Source: Phoronis australis
Taxonomy: Eukaryota; Animalia; Phoronida
Direction: 5' to 3'
DNA length: 64,000 nt
Assembly: GCA_002633005.1 (NCBI GenBank)
Contig: NMRA01000124.1
Span: 1-64,000 of the forward strand
Of the stretch, positions 38,984 to 51,513 are shown piece by piece. The notes under the pieces were generated by a model that made no database searches, was not told where the DNA came from, and worked only from the letters and a program-made list of their open reading frames with translations. Position 1 is the first letter of the stretch; each line of letters begins with the position of its first letter. The translations under genes and the position numbers were made by a program.

Positions 38984-41655
38984 AGTCCTGGGACATCAGG
39001 CACAGGAAACTCCTGGTTGGCTGTAAGGCGAACACGTGTGAAAGTCAATGCGCAGCAGGAAGAGCTCGAGACGGCCAATGCTCCTGCTCGGCGGACTGCA
39101 AACTTTACGGAGACTGCTGCATAGACTACGTCAACTTCTGTAGAACCAACGAATCGGAAAGCTTGATCGACTCTATAACAAGACACGTGATTGATAGAGG
39201 TCACTTTAGCTGCGTCTCTGTCAGAACTACACGCATGATGATAAAGAGGAGTTTTTTTATGGTTGACAAGTGTCCATCATCAGCTGACGCCGCTGAAAAA
39301 AGAGACTGTGCGTCGTCCAGTACATTGACCAGTCGGATACCTGTGCTTATCTCGCGTAGTAGAAGAGTAGGCATCCCATTTCGAAATCGTTTCTGCGCGA
39401 AATGTCATGGTTGGACAAATGATGACATGACCTTTTGGAACATAAGTATTCACTGTCCAAATAATACAGACACAAGAGTTGTCCTAAAAAGTGGTGAATA
39501 CTTTAAGATTGAGAGGTACATTTTACAAAAGTGCAAAATCGAGACAAAACTTCCGAAGTTGTGGTCCCTTCGACAATGTAACTACAAGATGCATGACATT
39601 AATTCGTGTACATTGGATGCGCAAACTTCGCTTTCGGCTCTAAACATGAGCATTACGTACTTCCGGAGAAAATGCCAGGAGTACCAGTCACCATTAAGAG
39701 ACACCGTCAAGAAGATTTTCTATAAGAATCCGGCCTGTGCAATTTGTAGTGGAGATACAGAGTGGGTAAAGGGCGGGACGTCAAATTTTCAAATATGTAC
39801 TAAACGGCTCGAACTTTTTTATAATGGGCAAGCTCCGACAAATCCATTAACTCCGACCAACAAAGTTCCCCAAATCAATTTAGCGGTGCTTTTCGATTTT
39901 ACTCGAAGCAGAGAGGTGCAGATAAGGCACGAAGGCATTCTTTATCAAAGCAAATGTCCTGACAGTGAAGTCTACGACACCGTCAGAGAGGAGTGTAGGG
40001 CAATTACATGTCCTCCGGGTCAGAAATACTTTAACCATTCTTGCATGACCGTCCTTCCCTCTTTTGGTCCATTGTTGAAGAAAACAAATACATTCTTCTT
40101 GATAACGGATTACGTGGCACAGGTTCCATCAAAAGGAGCCGTCACTCCTCAGGGTCTTAAAAATACTTACCTGGAAAAGTGTTCCTGCTCCTCTTTGAAA
40201 CTTACGGTTAAGGAGCAATGGATGCCAGTACTTGGAACTGGTCAGCTGATTATTACTTTTGTTTCCGAACGTTCTATGCCAGGTGACAAGATACCGAGTG
40301 CTAAAAACGTGAAAGTGGAAAGAGAATTGGAATATAAAAACATCTCATTTCACCTTTCGTACGTCGAGACGGCTAGCTACTTGGTAAGAAACCAAACGAG
40401 CTGTGGAGGAAATAAGCGATTGGAGAATTATAACAACTTTACAAGTGCACGAGAAAATGGTTCGTCGTATGTTCAAGTCCACAACAACTTAACATTCCCG
40501 CTTCATTCAGTTGCTCAGCGATCTGTTTGGAACATCTCAAGTGATGAGCATCGATCGTTCATATCAGTTTGCGTCTTGACTTCTGAAGCAATGTTAAATT
40601 GTCCAAAACTTCGTTACGCTGCCGGAGAATACGAATTCATAAACAACGGAACTGGTGTTCGTACAGGTAACATCACATATGCCTCTGGCGAGTTTGAAAT
40701 TCATGGAGACAAAGTGTACGTCTGCGTCAAATTCTCGCGTAACTACACAAAAAACGAAACGTTTGCATTTTTCCAATACACTTACTACCAAGAGGTTCTA
40801 ACGATCATCGGATGCTCAATTTCATTGGTAGCTCTTGTTGCGACATTTGTAACTTATCTGCTCATCAAAAGACTAAGATCGAACTTGCCTGGCCAAATCA
40901 TGATGTGCCTCATCCTAAGTTTGTTCCTTGCTCAACTTTTGCTCCTTACAACAACTGATAAAACGGAACATCCGAGCGCATGTGCAGCCTTTGCGCTGAT
41001 GCAGCATTACTGCTGGTTGGTTTTCTTCTTCAGTACGAATGCCCTGGCTATTGCCATATTTAAAGCGTTCGGAACCGACAAACTTACAAACATGCTCGCG
41101 TACCACAACACGGCAGTGACTGCTAAGTATCTGTCGTATGCTTGGTTGGCTCCCGCTTTCATCGTTGGCGCTTGTGCGACAATAAACTTTTGCCAATGTA
41201 CAGATCTTCTGTTTGGTTATGGAGATGAACGACGCTGCTGGATAGCACACCCTATGGCAGCCATTTTTGCATTTGGTTTACCAGTTTCGTTGATATTGAC
41301 AATAAACGCAGTACTGTTTTCGATTGCACTGTTCAGAATTATGCAGGCTAAAAGAGCGGCAAAAGCATTGTACACTCAGAAACGGAAGAAAAAGATTTTG
41401 TCTGTGGCCGTAAAGCTGTCAGTTATCATGGGTTTCACGTGGTTGTCTGGGTTTCTTGCAGCCGCCCTGAAAACAAATGAACTCTGGTACGTATTCATTA
41501 TCCTGAACTCGTCCCAAGGTGTGCTAATTTTTATCGCGTTCGTTTGCCAGAAAACTGTGCTGAAACTGTGTCTCAATTTATTGTCGAAACGAACTCCGAG
41601 TCGAGGTTCCTCACAACTCACACTTAGAAGCTCTACTCAAAGCACGCAAATTTAA
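38984..41655 (+). CDS. Class B (secretin/adhesion/Methuselah-like) 7TM GPCR with N-terminal somatomedin-B domain and Cys-rich ectodomain; main coding exon
   Basis: Frame of ORF 39163-41655 extends open upstream to acceptor tttacag|38984 and encodes TCESQCAAGRARDGQCSCSADCKLYGDCCIDYVNFC (SMB); C-terminus has 7 TM segments with LTIIGCSIS, LRSNLPG, HYCWL, YAW, CWI, KLSVIMGFTW, LNSSQGVLIF motifs; many NxS/T sites. ~918 aa with exon 34698-34782. Confidence 0.92.
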
Positions 41656-44600
41656 AAGAACGGTTCTTGTCATCATCTCAAGTTGCCGCAGAAGTCTGTT
41701 GACAGAGCACCTTTGTGTATGCAACTGGCCTCAACTCGCACTCAACCACCTCAAAGAAACATGGGTTCAAGTCGTCGAGCTATTTCGTACCATTTGTCGG
41801 CTGGATCTCCGGATTGGATCGTTGGACTTGAGTGCCCACATGCTAGTGACAGTTTGAGACCGAACTTACTCCTGGAAGCGATACCGCCTCTAGTCGTAGT
41901 TTTCGATCTTTCGAAAGTGTAATACCCGATAGGCACTACCGCATTTGCCATTTTCGACGCATTTCATGATCAGTGTGGGAACTTATTTTATTAACCCGGT
42001 CAAGAACAGTCAAATACGGTAGCATCATTCAGGAAATATTCATAGCATTTTGCCACTGTTTAGCTGTGAATTTCGAACTTTAAACCGAAACGCTTTCGGA
42101 CTTAAAACCATTACTACGCTCATCCGATCTCGTACTGTTGCCAAATGGGCTGACATCCCGAGTCATTTTCAAATTTACAATTTAAGGCTGGCCAACTTCA
42201 ATAAACTATAAAGCGTTTTCTTGAGACACTAGTGGTATCGATGTTCTTGTTGGTAACGGAAGAAGAATCCTATCACGACAAGGAATTTTGTGAGACCGAT
42301 TTTATGAGTGTAAAAGGCCGTTTTTAGCCAACAAAACAAGCGAAAAGCAACTTAAGGTAAAATTTACTTTGATTCAAGTTCCAGTTAAGAATTGAACTCA
42401 ATTTCTGTCGATCTCTGAGGGATGTGTGTCTTTTGAAACGTTTTATGACTGGTGAGCAAAAATTGCTCTGTTGTCCAATGACTCAATCTCAAAGGCAGGT
42501 GTGACAATAGCGCTAAACGTGAGTCCGAGACGAAAAGAAATGAGTAGAAATGTTGGTGTTGATTCTGAGTTAGATGAGACCTCGCACCATGACAACGCTT
42601 TTCTAAGTACATTGAATAAATTCACTTTCTCTTAATGTACGCTACGAGACTGGATAGTATGCTGTCATATTATCTTTAGAAAGTGAATGTCTACGCTAAT
42701 TTATCCGGATGTATTGTGCGTGTATTGCTTGTTGAACTGCGATGTGAACTTTTGACGTTGCTGTGGAAAATTAAAACAGCTGGTGAAACCCATAAATGTG
42801 TTGCTTGGTCATTTCCATAACTGTGGTTGAAATGAAAATTTAAAGGACCGGTGATAAACCAGCGCATTTTTTCAAAAAATAACTCTTATTTTAGACCACT
42901 TGTGCTGCTTTAAATTGTTCTCAGCTTGTTTTTCTTTTAGATTACAAATATCTTGCAAGAATCGAAAGGTCGTTGTCTTTGCTTCAGCAAAGCTCGGTTT
43001 AGTTGAAGATATTTAGTATACAGTATGACCGCTAGGAGAATTTCAGGAGAAGTAACTAATTTCATTTAAAACAAAGGACAAAAAAGACACATACGCCCGT
43101 GAAGAAAAAATATATTTATAACATCCGAGCACGATTTGAGGCGATTTTAAATAACATTTAGAGATGTTGAAATTTCAGTTTACTGTGTTGTTGCATAGTG
43201 ATGCCTGTTATGTATTCGTGCAAAAATATATTAACTGCTGGATTTTATTAATACACTTACATCTCACCAGTCTCAACCATATTCACTTTTGAATTGCTGT
43301 AGACCTAAGGAAATGACTTTTGTAAAACCCTTCCCTGTCTACCTATCTGTGTGTCCTTATAAGTGACGTCCTTTTTCTTATTACCCAAAATACATATTGC
43401 ACAACGGAATTAATAAGCAAACAAAGTACAAGTTTCACATTTCTTTTCCATGAGGAAAAAACATTTGCATTCTCAAATGGGTTATTTAGTGCGTCTGCAA
43501 ATAAAAGGCAATGGCCAAATCTCCAGTTTAAGAAGGTTGCTCTACCCTTTCAGAACTGACCCCCCCCCCCTCAGTTTGACGAACTAGGCCCTTCAGTTTG
43601 ACGTGGTTGGCCCACTTTTTCAGGACCGAATTCCGAGTTTCATTACATCAGAAAGCCTTAAAGCATTGTTAGGTTGTAATCAGCTTGGCCGATTAGGATA
43701 ACTGATTTCTGCCAAATGAATTTTAACCACAGCTTTATGTCGGGCCAGTAGCAGCAGAATACACAAAACAGAGCTGCCTGTTTATACATGCGCATTCATA
43801 GCGGGTGGAAAGTTGAACAGAATCATTATTTAGTACCTTAGCATACGGTGACTCGTAACGCACAGTGTAATGTAGATAAATAAAGTATTCAAATATCTTT
43901 GTATTATAACTAGCCTCAGCACATGTAGTTGTCAACAACATAAGAAAACAACATTTGGGTTAAGATTATGCAGGACCTACTCAGCAAATCTGTGTGTATA
44001 GCGAAATATCTATAGAACTGTAGAACAAAACAGAGTAAAAGTATATATTGTTTGAAAACGGAAAGCTTGTAAAATACCTTTATTTGCGTCATGTGAACAT
44101 GTCTTTTTAGTAAAGTTCAACAAAGAGAAATGTGCATCTACATCAAAACGACGATATCAATAACATAACCCAATTCTATTTGATAAAGATATTTGGGTTT
44201 TCTAAATTATCAATTCGTTGTTTATTCGCTTTACTCAATTTTTGAATTTTTTCATGAAAACCATGAAATTCTCATTTCTCACAGCCTTTCGTTCAAAACT
44301 GGAACATTTCAAAAACAATCTCCAACAGTATTTGTAGAACAGATCATAAAACACAGTATCTGAAAGTCTGATACAAATCCAATCAACCATTTTTGAGAGA
44401 TAGTGTTCCAAAAATAACCAACTTTGACATTTTCTTGGGTCCTGCATAACCGTAAATTAACGTTTCATTCCGTCAATTAGACTCTGGCGTTAACATGGAC
44501 ACTGAAACAACATGTTTGGTATTACTTAGACTAAGATAACGAAATCAAAAGTTCTCGGATACGAGGCTACAACTCTCTGTTTGAGCAAAACTGCTACTCA

Positions 44601-44941
44601 GTGCAGAATGGGAACATGTTGAGAAATTTTGTAATTTCTCAAGAACAATCTTAAGTTAAAAGGTTTCGAAGCACGACATTGAGAGCACTGACGGGTTTAG
44701 TGTGTTGTAAGGGAGAGACCAGAGAAAACAAACCTTTGAGGTTGCCCTAACAACTCCGTTTTTGCCATTCACGGAGGGGTGAGGGGGCGGGCGGCCTCGC
44801 CTCCCTGACCCTTACTCCAAATGTACCTTGGTTTGATTGCTTTGCGTAGTTATGTTCTGATGTTAAGAGAGTGGATATGTTTTCTGTATAGTCACTCATC
44901 TTAAACGTAACACTTATACAAAGGACTGAGTGCTCAACTTG

Positions 44942-45646
44942 TTACACGCTCCATTTAAATCCAGACGTCATCCCTGTGTTTGATCGCGTGTTTTTGGGCG
45001 TGGTTTCGTCTTTTGCTTCTGTTTTCGCTTCCTTTTTAACGTCAGCTCCGTAAGCATATTCTTGGCGAATGAGTTCCCTCTTTTGATTATACAACGCTTC
45101 TAGAGACATTGAAATATTTCTTGCCATACGAAGACGCCTACGAGTACCGGAAGTTAAGAATCCTATCTCGTGAGCCATGTTGGAATGTAACGACGGGCCT
45201 TGCTCAACTGCTAAACGGTTTATCAGGTTCTTGCCATTGGCAGGTGCCTCCGATGTATCGTCTTCACAACAGGCTTCACTTGAATCAGTGTTGGAAGTAC
45301 TTGGCCTAGCTTTACGTTGCGAGACCTCTTTTGTTGATAAACAAGAAGTCCGAGAGGTTAAATTAGCTTTCAGTTGTCTGTAATTTTTTTCTCTGTTGCC
45401 ATAGAGATTCTTCAGTCGTCTGCCTGTCGAAACAGATGTGCTTCTCAAAGAAAATTTTTCAGGGAAGTTGAATTCACTGACAGAATCCTTGAGGTACGGT
45501 GTGCAAGTTCTGATCTCCCGTAGCTCACCAAAAAGAATCTTTTTCTGGCGGTCAACTTTCGCCAACGCAGTTTTTCGCCCGCTCTCTATCTCGTCCTGTG
45601 CACCGAACGGATGCTTAGGCTGTTTCGAATTTATGTGCTCAGCCAT
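44942..45646 (-). CDS. Uncharacterised protein (~234-259 aa), possible distant member of neighbouring tandem family
   Basis: 780-nt open frame with protein-like composition (coiled-coil-like AKVDRQKKILFGELREI, Ser-rich middle); likely start MAEHINSK at 45646; no family recognised. Confidence 0.55.
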   Translation of the reverse strand: MAEHINSKQPKHPFGAQDEIESGRKTALAKVDRQKKILFGELREIRTCTPYLKDSVSEFNFPEKFSLRSTSVSTGRRLKNLYGNREKNYRQLKANLTSRTSCLSTKEVSQRKARPSTSNTDSSEACCEDDTSEAPANGKNLINRLAVEQGPSLHSNMAHEIGFLTSGTRRRLRMARNISMSLEALYNQKRELIRQEYAYGADVKKEAKTEAKDETTPKNTRSNTGMTSGFKWSV

Positions 45647-47335
45647 CACTAAAATAACAATTGAAGTTAGTCTTCCGTTCGAGACGGTTATCACACTCTG
45701 ATCAATGGTCAGAAAATGCACTCACTCTCAAATCCCGTTCACCGAGTACCAAGGTAGCTCCTATCTTAATTAGTCTTGCCTATGCTTGCCAGATGATTAT
45801 AAGAATGAGTTTATTTGTAGCCACGGCACGCAAAACCATAAAATATCAGCTAATTCGCTATTAGCCTATTCACATTCCGACAATAACAATCCTTGTGATG
45901 TAAACATGTACTGTGCACATAAACAGCCAATCCCACACCAAATCACCAATTAGAGGAAGTAACAATGAAAAGACATGAAAACTGGACTGAAGGCTTGCGT
46001 TGAAATGTCACTGATCAACAGAGCCGTTTGGCCCACAATGAAATGTTTTGAGGTAACGTCACAGAGCGGCCGAATCAGCTGAATCTTCTGAGCTTTTCCA
46101 GCGGGTGGGCCCGGATGACAACAGAAAACCTCGCGATGATTTGTCTTCTATGAAAACACCACACATGCTCGACTATGACCAAAATGCATTCGACGCATTG
46201 ACGCAAACAAGTATTTATCTGTTGTTACGTAATCCACTTGAGAGGGTCCACGACGAGGGTAAATCTTTTGCCCGCCCTTTCATACATGAAACACTTCGCA
46301 ACTAAAAGACACCTTCCTATAGATTCGAGTGCACCGAATACTCATGTCACAAAATCAATTCAGAGCTTCTTTAATGTGTTCTTACTGACAGGAGGTTTGA
46401 AATCTCTGTTTGCTCTCCGATGTCTTCACGTGAAGCTCATTCACTTCTCGACTATCTTAATCCTCGCTGAAATGTCGCCTCAGGAAGTTTATTGGCTTCA
46501 ACCACTGATTTGTTTGCAGTAGCGTGAAAATACTCATGCGGTGTGCCCGAGTTTTCGGAAAATCAAATCAGGTTGAAAACCGGCAAGTCATAACAGTATA
46601 TGTCGCTGACACGTACAGTGCAGAAGATAATAACACGTTTTGTATGCATTGATGTTCTCTAAGGATAAACTTCACAATGGCTGGCGCGACGTTAAATGAA
46701 ATGCGCAAAGAATGAGCTCTATAAACCCGATAAAAAATCGTCAGACCATATAGTTTGTCAACGGTTTCCGTTCATTCACAATGTGAATCGTAATATTGTA
46801 CTTTTGCGCTGAAGCAGTTAATGAATTATGTTGTTTTTTTGGTGAAGAAGACTCTACTACAATGACTGCATCGTTCAACTTCCTTGCCTTTTAGTGAACG
46901 TAAATGCTGTCCAAAATTGTTTATCGCGCAACTGATAAAGCCCCGTGTTTTCAAGTTGGGGGTAGGCCTACTAAAACGTATGCTTCGATACCAGTTTTAT
47001 ACTAACAGTGCGTAGCCTAGTGTTCTTTTCAGGAGGAAGGATAGTTTCCACCAATGTTTTCTATATAAATCAAACAACAACATCGCTAGACCGATTTGGA
47101 AAATGTGTCAAAACTACGCAAATTCATCGGATCTCAGTTCCTAAGGCAGGTATCCCTCGGTCTAAAAAGTATGTGCTATCGAAATTATTCATGTACAAAG
47201 ATAGTTGAATAAAACAGAGACTGCTGCATACGTCTTGAAGGCCATATCGGCTTGCTCAGGTGATTTCTGGGTGTAGCGATACGAGAAAGGCTGCCAACAA
47301 CAGAAAAATTAAAAATACATGTGTAATAAAGCGTA

Positions 47336-47800
47336 TCGGGATTTTCCGTAGATAAGCCCATGGGCGTGTATTAGGAAAATGAACTTTTTCAGTCGTTTTA
47401 GTATCATCAAATAAACGCCCGGGCGTTTATTCGGAAAAGGGGGCGTGTAAAGGGAAACCATAGTTTTGGGTACGTAAATACCAGCATGAACTGAATACAC
47501 GTAGGCTAGAATAAGAGGTTTCCTGACTTTGACATTTTTACATAAAACTGTGTTTTTAAATTTTATGTTAATAAATATATAGTTCACCAACACTTTGTTC
47601 GTTTGTGTGAATGATAAATGTTCTACGAAGCTGAATTTGCGATTAAAAAGTTGACGCCGAGTGGGCTCTTAAGCGGAAATTTTCCGAATAAACGCCCCAC
47701 TATCTAGACACTTGACACCAGAAATTGTAACATCAGCATAATTTTCAAAATAAACGCCTATGGGCGTTTCATCGGGTGGGTTTATCTATGGAAAATCTCA
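47336..47800. mobile_element. MITE, same family as 3031-4869 element
   Basis: cgggattttccgtagataagcccatgggcgtgtatt and gtttcctgactttgacattttt shared with 3031-3340; inverted end tttatctatggaaaatc. Confidence 0.7.
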
Positions 47801-48352
47801 ACAGCAAGTTGGGAAGTTTACCCCCCCCCCCNCCCCAGCCAATTAACTCCATTCTGGCCTTGATGGTTGGAGGGCCTGCACTCTTTTGTTTGATAATTGC
47901 TCTAATTTCCGATCAGATCGTATCTAGCCTGACTGGGGTGGGCTGATAAAAATGAGAGTTAAGTTAAGCCAGATATTAACGCACGTTCAGTACCCCTCAC
48001 GTCTGGAAAAGTTTCTGAACGACAGGACGCTGTAATGGAAACTTACATCTAGTTTTCATCACGTGAAAGTGAACAGCACTTGTCAAAAGTCAATAACCAT
48101 GTTGTGAGTAAAATGAGATTTTAAAAAATTGCAGTATTCACGAGATTTGTTATGTTCTGCCGGTCACGTGTCGAGTGGACACTAGAGGGTGATAGTGGAT
48201 TTTTACCGTTGATTAAACAAAAGGTAAAAGATGACTTGCGTTTTTGAAGTAAGCTGAAGAAATAAGTAAATTGCATCATAAGGGGAAGAAGGTTTTATCG
48301 CTAGGTTTTATTTTGCCTGACTTTTACTTGTAAGGACTCTGACACAACATTT

Positions 48353-48494
48353 CGTCCAATTCATAACCTGGGCCACCACTGAAGGACGTCCAATTCACAA
48401 CCTGGGCCACGACTGAACGACGTCCAATTCAAAACCTGGGCCACGACTGAAGGACGTCCAATTCACAACCTGGGCCACGACTGAACGACGTCCA
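48353..48494. repeat. 34-bp minisatellite, ~4.2 copies
   Basis: cgtccaattcacaacctgggccacgactgaaSga at 48353, 48387, 48421, 48455. Confidence 0.92.
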
Positions 48495-49428
48495 TTTTGA
48501 TGAGTTCAAGCTAATGAACACTTCAGAAATCCACGGGGCTGGAAAACACGAACTTAAGCCGCTTCAATTCAAATGCAAGTTCAATTCTATATTTGAATGA
48601 ATATTGAAATCGGCTAAGAAGCCATGACCAGGAAATTTTAGGTTGATTATTATAGGCATATTTCTTGATCAGTTGCCTGAGTATTGCAGACAGTGTTGAT
48701 TCTAAAACTCACGACAGAGGGAGTCTTGGCCATATAGGTTCTGTGCCTCGTAAGCCAACACTGCAGGGTATTAACTTTTTGTACATGTATATTCTGTCAG
48801 ATTCTCTCCACACGTAACCAATTCCGGTATTTTAAGACGAAAAAAGACACGCCAGCATTCATGTAATATCTAGCATCAAAAGCAACGCAATTTCTGCAAA
48901 TTTTCTCGTAAACTGTCCCTTTGTCGGACTACTGTTGAGAGTAGTCGCTAAAAGTCATCGCTTTCCTCATGTGAGGTGAGCCGTCTAATTGACGAGACGG
49001 TCTCGCCACCCGGTGACTGACCAGTGTTCTTCAATTACGAATGCCAGCATAGATTATAGTCTATGATGCCAGTAAATTTCAGAAATGACACCGTACTTCC
49101 TTATCAAGGGAAAACGCAACCATTTTATTGCATCGTATAGTCTGGCAGATCCAGTTATCAAATAACGTTCATCAAATAATGCTCTTTGACACATTGTGCA
49201 AAACCGAAAGCATAAATTACTACACTTTTAACCATTGTTCATTAAGTCTTATTTGATGGCCATAAATACGTCACAAAACAACCAGATGTTATTGATGGCC
49301 AATATGGCCGTGCATATAATTTTCTGAAAGGTTACTATAATAACAATTATACGTGTGGGTTTGGTTGAGTAGTCTTTCTCACGTTTTTGGTGATAAGTAG
49401 GCCAATGATAGCAAACAAGTTCACCTTC

Positions 49429-49664
49429 CAGAGGCGGATCTACAGGGGGGATCAGGGGGTTTAAACCCCCCCTCGGGACAGGATAAAAATAAAAACTGGA
49501 AAAAATCGCCAGAAAAACGAAATTAGCTACTAAAAATCCCAAAAAATCTTACACGGGAGGAGGGAAACCCTCTCGCGACCTTCCTTCTCCTCGGCGCTAC
49601 GCGCCTCGGATTGTTTCGAATCCTAAACCCCCCCCCCCTTACTGAAATCGTAGATCTGCCACTG
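49429..49664. mobile_element. MITE with CAGAGGCGGATCT...AGATCTGCCACTG ends and 5-bp TSD
   Basis: TIRs cagaggcggatctac / gtagatctgccactg; ccttc duplicated at 49424-49428 and 49665-49669. Confidence 0.8.
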
Positions 49665-50337
49665 CCTTCGGCGCTGCAACTTGATCGCTTCCTTGATGCT
49701 GATTGAAGCGAAACGTCAACAATGAGTGTTTTTGCGCTCGTTGTGTTATTTATCCCCAAAATATGAACAGAGACTTATGTTACGCATAGACTACTTCAAA
49801 AAAAACACACACAATAGCTCGAGTGTAGTGTTTGGTACGCGACAAATATCACCAATATTACAGACATTTACATTCTAAGGATACAATTCTCTGCAGCAGA
49901 ATTAGGCGCCTGAGCGAAATACAGACGTAAGAACATAATTCTCCCTTTGCCCTTTCACCCACAGATGTTGTGAATAGATTTTTCAAATTGTGCTTCCTGG
50001 GAAACACGTTGATGTTCAACATATATCTTATGACGACAAAAACGAGCGTTACAACTATGACAGCCATGCACGCATGCATGCCTCCTGTAGTCCACCTCCT
50101 CGTCGACTACAACAGGCCAACAACATTTGGAACATAAAGAAAACGCTGACTTGCGGAATTCTCTTTTGGTCAGTTTAAAATCGCTATCCCACAGTTACTT
50201 GACATGAGAGCCAACTCAATGAGTGTAGTTTTCAAAACCAAAGATGAAACCTTAAAAATGACGCTAAATTAAATACCATAAACACATGCCTAAGTTCTTC
50301 AAAATTAAGTACCATGAACTTGTTCAATGTACAGCGC

Positions 50338-51513
50338 TTAGTTAGGGTTTTGGAATTTTTCCAGGTTGCTGTGCAGCTGCGGGAAAATGCAATCCAAGCG
50401 AAGAGACTGATCGCAAGACGAGGCGACATCTTTTGGGCAATATTCGGTTTGAATTGTTTTATGAATTGAGAGTGTATTCTTGTTGTAACAGAGCGATGAG
50501 TCTCTTTCAGAACCCCGAGCTTTGTCCTTATTAATGGAAGTTACTGAAGAATGTTCAGACGTGTTTCTCCATTCTATTGGGCCGGTCAAGTTTTTGGAAG
50601 ACGCGGAATAACCAGCTGGTTTGATGTTTTTACTCTTACTGTAGATTTCCTGGGACTGCGAAAGGTCAACTAAAGAAATCGGAGGAAATGAATGTTGGTT
50701 CTTGTCGCATGACTTTGTGTTCAAACGTTTTATGGGAGACGCCTTGATAAACACCTGGTCTACAATGTTTTCACACTGTTCACTGACTGCATACATATTT
50801 TGTCTCTGCATTGACCCTACAGTTGCATTCAATGTCTTGTTAGAAGCCGAGTACAACTGGCTCCTTTTATACAGTTGTTTCCCTAGGTTATCGACCCAAA
50901 TTCGATCCTGTTTTTCCAGAGTTAAACTGATATTTAGATCAGATCTTGACTGTGCCCGCTTTATTGTTTCTCTTTCGTCCAAATGTGAGCCTTGTGGGAC
51001 GTGTAAAAGAGATTCTTTACCTAAATCTGAATCCGGTGCTGTTAGGCTGTAACAAGTAGTGTCGTCGTACAATAGCGTCCTCTGACGAACGCGTAGCAAA
51101 TCCTCGTCATTTTTCATATCACAAAACGAATAATCACTGATTGTGATCTTTGGAATACACAATGAAATATTTCCTTTGAAGTTTATAGGAAAAGACGCCC
51201 TCCTCAACGCACATAGGAATCCTGACTGGCGATCTTTGATTCTGATTGATTGCTCTGCTGCTCGCATGGTGTTGCGTTTTGCCTTGAAATCGCCCAGCCA
51301 TTTGTGAATTCGCGCGCTTTCCTCTCTCGCTTGATTCTTGGCGCTGTTTAAGCGGCGTAAATTTTGCATCATGCTCGTCTGCTGTCGCTCAATTGTAGCA
51401 TTCACACTTTGCTGGACGTGATTCAGTGATCGCCTGTAAACCTCTAAATCTTTATCTTTTCCTTTGTTCAAAACTTCAACTTTCTGACCAGCCTTCATCA
51501 TTCCTCGTACAAC
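50338..51513 (-). CDS. Uncharacterised coiled-coil/disordered protein, paralogue 1 (main exon; probable first exon MGE at 51993-52001)
   Basis: 387-aa ORF; acceptor gtgtag at 51514; upstream ATG GGA GAG|gtatag phase 0; N-terminal ~130 aa aligns with ORF 55309-56721. Confidence 0.75.
   Translation of the reverse strand, partial: VVRGMMKAGQKVEVLNKGKDKDLEVYRRSLNHVQQSVNATIERQQTSMMQNLRRLNSAKNQAREESARIHKWLGDFKAKRNTMRAAEQSIRIKDRQSGFLCALRRASFPINFKGNISLCIPKITISDYSFCDMKNDEDLLRVRQRTLLYDDTTCYSLTAPDSDLGKESLLHVPQGSHLDERETIKRAQSRSDLNISLTLEKQDRIWVDNLGKQLYKRSQLYSASNKTLNATVGSMQRQNMYAVSEQCENIVDQVFIKASPIKRLNTKSCDKNQHSFPPISLVDLSQSQEIYSKSKNIKPAGYSASSKNLTGPIEWRNTSEHSSVTSINKDKARGSERDSSLCYNKNTLSIHKTIQTEYCPKDVASSCDQSLRLDCIFPQLHSNLEKFQNPN

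Noticed and set aside
40594-41621. Antisense ORFs within the GPCR (and similar ones over WARS1 and the orphan genes)
   Set aside because: Shadow ORFs of real coding sequence with no recognisable features.
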